This document shows, in pieces, positions 1 to 6,773 of a DNA stretch of 40,000 bases. The notes under the pieces were generated by a model. The model had not been told where the DNA came from. It made no database searches and saw nothing but the letters and a program-made list of their open reading frames with translations. The position numbers were made by a program, and so were the translations under genes. Position 1 is the stretch's first letter; every line of letters starts with the position of its first letter. The stretch is from Pseudoalteromonas pernae (GTDB lineage Bacteria > Pseudomonadota > Gammaproteobacteria > Enterobacterales > Alteromonadaceae), in NCBI RefSeq assembly GCF_039831865.1, contig NZ_JBDODM010000001.1, forward strand, positions 87,383 to 127,382, written 5' to 3'.

Positions 1-2
1 CC

Positions 3-548
3 TTGTTTGCCCAACGCGGGTTAGCAGGCACAACGATGGAAGCCGTTGCCACTAAAGCGAAAGTGTCAAAGCGCACTTTGTACAAATATTACAGTGCTAA
101 AGAGCAACTTTTTGATGGCGTTGTTGATTTGTTGTTGGAGCGTATTCGACCGCTGCATGACAACCCTTATTGTCCAACGACACCAATCAAAGAACAGTTA
201 CAAAAACTTGCTGATACCTCTTTAAAACTGACTCAGGATAAAGACTATTTAACTTTGTCACGCATCATTATTATTGAATCACTGCGCTCTAAAAAGCGTG
301 CAGGTTTGCTCGAAGAGCGCTTTAAAAACTGCGAGCAAGGGATCAATAATTGGTTTGATGAAGCGCATGCAGCAGGGGCGCTGCATGATGTGCCTGCTGA
401 TATTGCCGCGGCGGTATTCTTTGGCAGTTTGAAAAAACTGGCATTTTGGGAGCAGCTCATCAAATGGCAACAACCAGCGGACAAAGAAAAGCTGGATCAA
501 CTTGTTGAATTGACGAGCCGCATGTTTACTCAGGCGCCATTAAAGTAA
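3..548 (+). CDS. TetR/AcrR-family transcriptional regulator (N-terminus probably cut by window edge)
   Basis: HTH signature GTTMEAVATKAKVSKRTLYKYYSAKEQLF typical of TetR N-terminal domain. Helical C-terminal part. ORF reaches the window start. 3' end overlaps the convergent gdh by 19 nt. Confidence 0.8.
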   Translation: MFAQRGLAGTTMEAVATKAKVSKRTLYKYYSAKEQLFDGVVDLLLERIRPLHDNPYCPTTPIKEQLQKLADTSLKLTQDKDYLTLSRIIIIESLRSKKRAGLLEERFKNCEQGINNWFDEAHAAGALHDVPADIAAAVFFGSLKKLAFWEQLIKWQQPADKEKLDQLVELTSRMFTQAPLK

Positions 549-1816
549 TCAGGTGTGCCGTGGGCTTCAATGGCGTTACTTAAACGCTCCAAAGCAACGG
601 CATAAACCGCATCACGAAAATCCAAACCTTTTTCTTGAACTAAAGTGTTTGCGCGTTTGAAGGCATTGCTCATGACTTCTTTGAGCTCTTCACGCACTTT
701 TGTTTCGCTCCAGCGATAACCTGTTCGATTTTGCACCCACTCGAAATAACTCACAGTAACACCCCCTGCGTTGGCGAGAATATCCGGGATCACGATGACG
801 CCTTTATCCTTCAAAACTGCATCCGCGTCGCTGGTTATGGGGCCGTTGGCGATTTCGACGATGTAACGTGCTTGGATATCTGATGCATTATCGCAGGTGA
901 TTACGCTATCCAATGCAGCAGGGATAAGAATGTCTACGTCTTTTGTGAGTAACTCAGAGTTTGACAAGGTGTCGTGGTCCACTGTTTCACATACAGAGCC
1001 ATCACAATACACCGCCTTTAGTTCTCTATGGTCTTGTTTTTGTTGATATACACTTTTTACATCTAGCCCTTGTTGGCGATAAATACCGCCTTGCGAGTCA
1101 CTAATAGCAACAACTTTGTAGCCATCATTCGCTAGTAAGCGTGCGACATGATAACCGCCATTACCAAAGCCTTGAACGGCAACTGTGGTTTCTTCTGGAG
1201 TAAGGCAATCCCGTTGTTCAAGCGCTTTAATACACAAATAGGCGCCGCGACCTGTCGCATCATCACGACCTAAACTGCCTCCAAGAGCGATGGGTTTACC
1301 GGTGATCACCGCCGGATTTTTCACTCGAGTAATCTTTTCATACTCGTCCATCATCCAACCCATAATACGCGCGTTGGTGTACACATCTGGTGCTGGAATG
1401 TCGCGCTCTGGACCAATAAAATCAGCCATTGCGCGCACGTATGATCTACTCAGGCGCTCAAGTTCCATTGGGGATAGCGCTTTAGGGTCGACACTGACGC
1501 CGCCTTTAGCACCACCAAATGGAATATCCACAACCGCACATTTTAATGTCATCCACAATGCCAAAGCTTGCACTTCCTGCGCACCCACATCGGGATGAAA
1601 GCGAATACCGCCTTTAGTTGGGCCAAGAATATTATTGTGTTGGCATCGATATCCGGGGAAATAACGGGTGTGGCCATCATCCATGCGCACTTCCACATGG
1701 ACTTTGAGCATGGCATTGGCATGACTGAGGGCATCAATCACCAACTTGGAGCATCCCGTTTGCTCACCAATACGGCTTAGTCGGTTAACTGCGTCGTCAA
1801 ATACTGTGCTACTCAT
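530..1816 (-). CDS. Glutamate dehydrogenase (Glu/Leu/Phe/Val dehydrogenase family, short ~428-aa type)
   Basis: Motifs KGGIRFHP, PFGGAKGG (catalytic Lys loop) and Rossmann VQGFGNGG. Full-length ORF. Confidence 0.9.
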   Translation of the reverse strand: MSSTVFDDAVNRLSRIGEQTGCSKLVIDALSHANAMLKVHVEVRMDDGHTRYFPGYRCQHNNILGPTKGGIRFHPDVGAQEVQALALWMTLKCAVVDIPFGGAKGGVSVDPKALSPMELERLSRSYVRAMADFIGPERDIPAPDVYTNARIMGWMMDEYEKITRVKNPAVITGKPIALGGSLGRDDATGRGAYLCIKALEQRDCLTPEETTVAVQGFGNGGYHVARLLANDGYKVVAISDSQGGIYRQQGLDVKSVYQQKQDHRELKAVYCDGSVCETVDHDTLSNSELLTKDVDILIPAALDSVITCDNASDIQARYIVEIANGPITSDADAVLKDKGVIVIPDILANAGGVTVSYFEWVQNRTGYRWSETKVREELKEVMSNAFKRANTLVQEKGLDFRDAVYAVALERLSNAIEAHGTPDYFNGA

Positions 1817-1868
1817 CTGTCCTCCATTTCCTCAAACAGTGTCATGTTTAAGGTGAGATATTATGCTA

Positions 1869-1931
1869 GGGCGTGTTGACCTTTGCTGTGTGTTTTTGAA
1901 CAAAATTCATACCTCAAAGGTCAACACGCCC
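1869..1931. repeat. MITE/REP-like element, short copy (16-bp perfect terminal inverted repeats GGGCGTGTTGACCTTT / AAAGGTCAACACGCCC)
   Basis: Perfect inverted repeat 1869-1884 vs 1916-1931. Both arms and subterminal sequence recur, in inverted order, at 26810-27070. Confidence 0.6.
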
Positions 1932-2056
1932 AAGGGTGAGATATTTGTTACGTAAGGAATTGAAATTTAGTTTTTTGTACACATATAGAATAGGGTATAT
2001 TGAACTTGGTTGTGTGTTTGTGCAGCTGTTATAGTTTTTTACTGGGGAATGGATCA

Positions 2057-2521
2057 GTGCGATTTTGGCTTATAGCTATGGTAGCGGTACTCACTGTACT
2101 TTGTGGCAGTGCAAGTGCTTATGCGCCCAAAACCAGCGCAAGCCACATGCAAATTTGCCATGTTCAATCCCCCGCTGATCAACTAGGTTGTGTTAGTTCA
2201 GACATAAACGTGCAGGGCGCGCAAAAGCATCACGCCCCGACGCCAAAGCCAGTGCAATTGCCAGAACGGGCAATGCGAACACATCCAAGCTATTTTATGC
2301 ACCCTGAACAGCAACCTATGTATTTGCTTGCGTATACGTTGGCGCAAGACGCTCCTTTGTGTGAGCTTAGTCCTAAAGGTGAGCAAATTCGTGCTCAGGT
2401 CCCGTGGTTTATGGTTAATTCACAGCCTAACTCTGGGCTAATTGATAACTGTCAGCCAGCCAATCTTACCTACCGAAGTCGCCTGACTTACGAGCTTTTC
2501 CTGCTTAATCACACCGCTTAA
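2057..2521 (+). CDS. Small secreted protein of unknown function upstream of secD (candidate secretion-monitor/arrest peptide)
   Basis: Track ORF 2000-2521. Preferred start is GTG 2057 (GGGGA 8 nt upstream), giving the signal peptide (M)RFWLIAMVAVLTVLCGSASAYA/PK. ATG 2078 is an alternative. No enzymatic motif. 104 nt upstream of secD on the same strand. Confidence 0.55.
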   Translation: MRFWLIAMVAVLTVLCGSASAYAPKTSASHMQICHVQSPADQLGCVSSDINVQGAQKHHAPTPKPVQLPERAMRTHPSYFMHPEQQPMYLLAYTLAQDAPLCELSPKGEQIRAQVPWFMVNSQPNSGLIDNCQPANLTYRSRLTYELFLLNHTA

Positions 2522-2623
2522 CTCTTCATTTCAGCGGTAAATCGCAAATTGTCAGTTTGTTGCCAGCACTTTGATGTGTTTGGCGTAGTTTGCGCGCTCG
2601 TGTCTGCGAGCGCTAAGTAGGAA
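2498..2623 (+). promoter_or_regulatory. Candidate long-range RNA helix sequestering the secD Shine-Dalgarno
   Basis: TTCCTGCTTA (2498-2507, inside the last codons of the upstream ORF) is complementary to TAAGTAGGAA (2614-2623, the secD SD region): 10 bp with one G.U. A GC hairpin GCGCTCG/CGAGCGC lies between them at 2594-2613. Confidence 0.35.
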
Positions 2624-2625
2624 TT

Positions 2626-4476
2626 ATGGAAAACAAAAAAATAGCGGCGCCTTTGATTACGTCGTCAACGCGACCAGATAAACAGAGTAAAAACCGTGGC
2701 TCATCGGTCTTAAAAATAGGTAGTGTGATAGTACTTATCATCGCACTGGCCATCAGCGCCTTAGGTAATCTTTACCCCAATACCAATGTGATTACATTGA
2801 CGAAATTTAACGAGCACATTGCGGTTGCCGAGCTGCAACACACGCTGACTGCCAGTGGGTATAGCGTGCAAAGCATCTCGCAATCTGGCGGTGCGGATAT
2901 GGTGGTGCAGCTCAACAGTCCCTCATTGAGTGCGCCCGCTGCTAGCTTGTTGCGGCAAACATATCCGCTAGGGGAAGTAAAAGTCACAAAGCAAGCGACC
3001 ACACCGCTTTGGATGCAGCGTCTGGCTATTGCGCCTATCGATTTAGGACTGGATCTCGGTGGTGGAGTGCTTTTTGTATTGCAAGTCGACACCCAAAAGG
3101 CATTAGAAAACAGAGTGGGTAGTGTTTTTGAGCAAGTGAATAGCTTGCGCATCGAAAAGCGCTTGCGCGGCGTTAGCGTTCATAAAGAACAACATGGCGT
3201 GATCATTCGTGCTCAAGGGGCATACAAAGATAACGCTGCAGCGTTAAGTGATGAATTAAAAACGCTTTTTCCAGATATCTCTGCAAACCAAGAAACCAAC
3301 AGTGCACTGTATCAGCAGCGGCTTTTTTACACTAACCAGCAGCAACAGCAATTTGCAAAAGCCGATATGGAGCAAGCCTTGTCAACACTTAGGCAGCGTA
3401 TTGAAGAGTTAGGGATCACAGAAGCAATCGTGCAGCGTCAGGGGGAATTTGGTATTCGCATCGAATTACCAGGGGTCCAAGACCCAAGCGAAGCGAAACG
3501 AATCATAGGTGCTACGGCGAGTTTATCCTTTCATGGTTTGAGCGATATAGGTGGTAAAAGAGTAGTCAGCGAAGACGGTGGTGCGATTAATATCGACATC
3601 AAGGTTATCTTCACAGGAAACGATATCACTGGTGCACAGGCAGGGCGCGATGAAATGGGACAACCTATGGTGCAATTGCAGTTGTCGTCATTTGGCGGTG
3701 AGAAAATCAATCGCTTTTCGCGCACCCATATTGGCGAACCCATGGCGACCTTATACAGTGAATACGTGACTGATGCCCGTGGCGATGTACAGATGCAAGA
3801 GCGAGTCATATCAGTCGCTACAATCAATGAAGCATTAGGCACCCGTTTCAGTATTACTGGATTAGGAAGCTGGCAACGCGCACAAGATTTAGCGTTAATT
3901 TTACGAGCAGGCTCCTTAGAAGCGCCAATTAAAATTATCAAAGAGCAAACGATTACTCCGACACTAGGTGCACAAAACATCACCAATGGCTTTCAGGCTT
4001 TGTTATTGGGCCTATCAATAACGTTAGGCTTTATGTTGTTGTGGTATCGACGTTTAGGAGTTGTGGCTAACTTAGCACTGGCAATTAATCTGGTGTGTTT
4101 GCTTGGTTTGATGTCTTTGTTACCCGGTGTGGTACTAACCTTGCCAGGGATCGCAGGGTTAGTATTAACTATAGGCATGGCAGTGGATACCAATGTGATT
4201 ATCTTTGAGCGCGTAAAGGACGAAATACGCTTGGGGAGAACACGCCTTCAGGCCTTACAACGGGGTTACAAACAAGCGATGAGCAGCATTATTGATGCGA
4301 ACCTCACCACCTTTATTTGTGCGCTTGTACTCATTGGTATTGGCTATGGGCCGGTTAAGGGCTTCGCAATTACTTTAGCGCTGGGGATCATGACCAGCGT
4401 GTTTAGCGGTGTGATTGTGTCGTCCTATCTTTCTTCTTGGCTTTTCAAGGCTACTAAGGAGGTGGGCCATGCCTAA
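2626..4476 (+). CDS. secD: Protein translocase subunit SecD (probable second paralog)
   Basis: 616 aa. N-terminal TM, large periplasmic domain, C-terminal 5-TM block with LPGIAGLVLTIGMAVDTNVIIFERVKDE. SD AGGAA upstream. No yajC, tgt or queA context. Confidence 0.9.
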   Translation: MENKKIAAPLITSSTRPDKQSKNRGSSVLKIGSVIVLIIALAISALGNLYPNTNVITLTKFNEHIAVAELQHTLTASGYSVQSISQSGGADMVVQLNSPSLSAPAASLLRQTYPLGEVKVTKQATTPLWMQRLAIAPIDLGLDLGGGVLFVLQVDTQKALENRVGSVFEQVNSLRIEKRLRGVSVHKEQHGVIIRAQGAYKDNAAALSDELKTLFPDISANQETNSALYQQRLFYTNQQQQQFAKADMEQALSTLRQRIEELGITEAIVQRQGEFGIRIELPGVQDPSEAKRIIGATASLSFHGLSDIGGKRVVSEDGGAINIDIKVIFTGNDITGAQAGRDEMGQPMVQLQLSSFGGEKINRFSRTHIGEPMATLYSEYVTDARGDVQMQERVISVATINEALGTRFSITGLGSWQRAQDLALILRAGSLEAPIKIIKEQTITPTLGAQNITNGFQALLLGLSITLGFMLLWYRRLGVVANLALAINLVCLLGLMSLLPGVVLTLPGIAGLVLTIGMAVDTNVIIFERVKDEIRLGRTRLQALQRGYKQAMSSIIDANLTTFICALVLIGIGYGPVKGFAITLALGIMTSVFSGVIVSSYLSSWLFKATKEVGHA

Positions 4477-5368
4477 TTCAATGAATGTCGTTCGTCGTAT
4501 CGGTCTTATGTTGAGTGTGTTGCTTATACTAGTGAGCACCAGTGTCATTGTGATTGATGGCGTTAAGCTCGGGCAAGATTTTACGGGCGGCTATGTTAGT
4601 GAATTTTCTGTGATGCAGCCTATTTCGCACAACGAGCTCAAGGAGCGACTCAATGACTATATTCATAGCCCTTACAGCTTGCATGAACGCGCGCATAATC
4701 AATGGCAAGTATACCAAACGCCTGAAAATGGTCAGGCAGATGTTGATTGGTTTGAGCAATGGTTAGCGCAAACAAATGCGGTTAAACTCGATAGTAGTTT
4801 CTTGGGCGCAGCGGCAGGTGAGGAACTCATTGAGCAGGGCAGTATGGCTCTGTTGTTTGCAACGTTAGCCGTTATGTTTTATCTCGCGGTGCGTTTTGAG
4901 TGGCGATTAAGCCTTGCTGCGACACTGGCATTGGTTCACGACGTACTGTTAACGCTTGCGGTATTGAGCTTCTTCGATATTGAATTTACCCTCACCGTAC
5001 TCGCTGCCATCTTGGCAATAATAGGGTATTCATTGAATGACTCTATTGTTATCGGCGATAAGATCAGGGAGTTAATTCAAGCTCAACCCAAGCGTAAAGT
5101 TGCGCAGTTGATCAATGAGGCACTAGCAGCATCCATGAGCCGTACGCTCATTACTTCTTTGACGACCTTAGGCACCATTGTCAGTATCTGGTGGCTTGCA
5201 GGCGCACCGCTGCGCGGTTTTGCGATTACCTTGTTTACTGGGGTGTTGGTGGGCACGTGGTCGTCCATTTTTATCAGCGCAACCTTGCCGCAATTTTTGG
5301 GTCTCAGTAGCCAAAACTACACTCGGGATGACTCTGAAGAGGTTAAGCGTCAGTTAGCCGAGCCATAA
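4469..5368 (+). CDS. secF: Protein translocase subunit SecF
   Basis: Start moved to ATG 4469 (strong SD AAGGAGGTG, 8-nt overlap with the secD stop). Motifs GYSLNDSIVIGDKIRE and a C-terminal TM bundle. Confidence 0.9.
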   Translation: MPNSMNVVRRIGLMLSVLLILVSTSVIVIDGVKLGQDFTGGYVSEFSVMQPISHNELKERLNDYIHSPYSLHERAHNQWQVYQTPENGQADVDWFEQWLAQTNAVKLDSSFLGAAAGEELIEQGSMALLFATLAVMFYLAVRFEWRLSLAATLALVHDVLLTLAVLSFFDIEFTLTVLAAILAIIGYSLNDSIVIGDKIRELIQAQPKRKVAQLINEALAASMSRTLITSLTTLGTIVSIWWLAGAPLRGFAITLFTGVLVGTWSSIFISATLPQFLGLSSQNYTRDDSEEVKRQLAEP

Positions 5369-5383
5369 ACTTGATAAAGAAAA

Positions 5384-5401
5384 GGGAGCCTGCTGGCTCT
5401 C
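5384..5401. terminator. Possible bidirectional hairpin between secF and the cytochrome b561 gene
   Basis: GGGAGCC-tgct-GGCTCTC stem-loop followed by T-rich sequence. Lies between convergent gene ends. Confidence 0.4.
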
Positions 5402-5410
5402 TTGTTATTG

Positions 5411-5956
5411 CTATTGGTCATCTGACTTTACTTTTGCACCCAGCATACGAGCGAGGGTGCCATCTTTATCGAAAAACTGATGTTTCAATGCACCGATAAC
5501 ATGCAGCAATATGGCTGCAATTAACACCCAAGCTGCAGGCCCATGAATGTCGTGGCCTAAATTCCCCACCCATTCGATTTTGTCGGCTTTTGCGAAAATC
5601 TCGAAACCGAATACTGACAAGCCATGACCACCGCCCACGCTCATCATGATCCCTGAAATCGGCATCAGCAAGGTACCGATCAGTAGCAACATATGCGTAC
5701 CTTTGGCGAGCATGTCTTGCCATGGCGTTAACTTAGCAACATGAGAAATTTCGCCCTCGAATAATCGCCAAAACAAACGCATGAGTGCAATAACCAAAAC
5801 CGTAAAACCAAATGACTTATGCAGCGCTAACATTTCAAACTTTTCTGGGCCGCGTGGCATTTCTTCGACATACAAACCAAATGCCAAAACGCCAATAAAT
5901 AACAGCCCTGTAAGCCAGTGCAGAATAATGGTTGGTTTCGAAAGTGACTTATCCAT
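5411..5956 (-). CDS. Cytochrome b561 family protein (CybB-like)
   Basis: 181 aa with 4 predicted TM helices. Conserved His positions (ILHWLTG, ALHKSFG, GHDIHGP, ILLHVIGALKHQ) are typical of the di-heme b561 family. Confidence 0.8.
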   Translation of the reverse strand: MDKSLSKPTIILHWLTGLLFIGVLAFGLYVEEMPRGPEKFEMLALHKSFGFTVLVIALMRLFWRLFEGEISHVAKLTPWQDMLAKGTHMLLLIGTLLMPISGIMMSVGGGHGLSVFGFEIFAKADKIEWVGNLGHDIHGPAAWVLIAAILLHVIGALKHQFFDKDGTLARMLGAKVKSDDQ

Positions 5957-6118
5957 TGGCTAACTCCATATTTCTATATTAGGAACCAGTATGCGCAATC
6001 CCGACGGTAATTTCGAGATATAAAACAGTAAAGAAATGCAAATTTCTATGTGGAAATATGTGTCAGGCATGCTCTATGGGTGATTGGAATCATCTCCATT
6101 TGAGCACGCACAACGGAC

Positions 6119-6466
6119 TTATTTGCTCAGTTGTTTTTTGCCAGAGAGGTCTCTCAAGCACAGTAAAATGATGACCGCGAAGAGATTAAAGAGAAGGGCT
6201 AGCACAAGCCACAATGCAGGGCGGCGGCCTTTGCCTTGTGCCAACAATGCACAAAAGCAGGCAAGAAAGATGATTGTCAAAGTCGTCAGTTCTTTGCTCT
6301 CTATTATTAAATTAATGGTTTTATTGCCATTATTCATGGCGTTTCCGCACACCTTTGTCGGTGGAAGCGATGTCATATTATCGTAACTATCCGCATCATT
6401 GTGCGCCTGTGCATCATGGCTAAATGGCAACAATAGCAGCGCTAATAAGAGTAAAAGTCTCTTCAT
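6119..6466 (-). CDS. Small membrane protein with signal peptide, unknown function
   Basis: MKRLLLLLALLLLPFSHDAQA signal peptide plus two hydrophobic segments. TAATG stop/start overlap with the upstream 62-aa ORF and SD AAAGGAGGG. Confidence 0.5.
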   Translation of the reverse strand: MKRLLLLLALLLLPFSHDAQAHNDADSYDNMTSLPPTKVCGNAMNNGNKTINLIIESKELTTLTIIFLACFCALLAQGKGRRPALWLVLALLFNLFAVIILLCLRDLSGKKQLSK

Positions 6467-6654
6467 TACTTCCCTCCTTTATTTGCGACCCACGAATGCA
6501 CGCTCAAAACAACGAACATAAACCCAAAAACAAACAGTGGGCGATAATAGTCATAGGTGTGTGTACTTAAAAAGAGTACTTGGTAACAGGCGATGCCAAC
6601 GCTTGTTAATAGAGCGAGCTTGAGATTACTGCGAGTAGAGTTAGTAGGGGGCAT
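6466..6654 (-). CDS. Small 2-TM membrane protein, unknown function
   Basis: 62 aa with two hydrophobic helices. SD AAGGAA. Translationally coupled to the 115-aa ORF. Confidence 0.45.
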   Translation of the reverse strand: MPPTNSTRSNLKLALLTSVGIACYQVLFLSTHTYDYYRPLFVFGFMFVVLSVHSWVANKGGK

Positions 6655-6730
6655 TTGTTTGTTCCTTCAAAGCAAATGTATTCTATTGGGTACAAAAGAA
6701 AGAGTAATAAAATGTCGGGTAATTAGCAAT

Positions 6731-6758
6731 AAAAAAGCCGTGAAGAAGATTCACGGCT
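6731..6758 (-). terminator. Rho-independent terminator closing the SMC-like operon
   Basis: On the minus strand: AGCCGTGAA-tcttc-TTCACGGCT followed by TTTTTT. Lies 16 nt after the stop of the 928-aa gene. Confidence 0.65.
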
Positions 6759-6773
6759 TTATAGACAATGAGA

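Noticed and set aside
1869-1931. Inverted repeat as a dedicated operator for the neighbouring TetR regulator or gdh
   Set aside because: The same arms recur at 26810-27070 in an unrelated intergenic context, so a dispersed repeat element is more parsimonious. A regulatory side-effect cannot be excluded.
2396-2430. WFMVNSQ segment as a VemP-like arrest motif
   Set aside because: The resemblance to my recollection of the VemP arrest sequence is short and lies 31 codons before the stop. It is not used as evidence. The SD-masking helix and the signal peptide carry the hypothesis instead.
4415-4468. Track start (4415) for secF, giving an 18-aa N-terminal extension overlapping secD
   Set aside because: ATG 4469 has a strong SD (AAGGAGGTG) and yields the canonical SecF N-terminus. 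The extension lies within the secD coding sequence.
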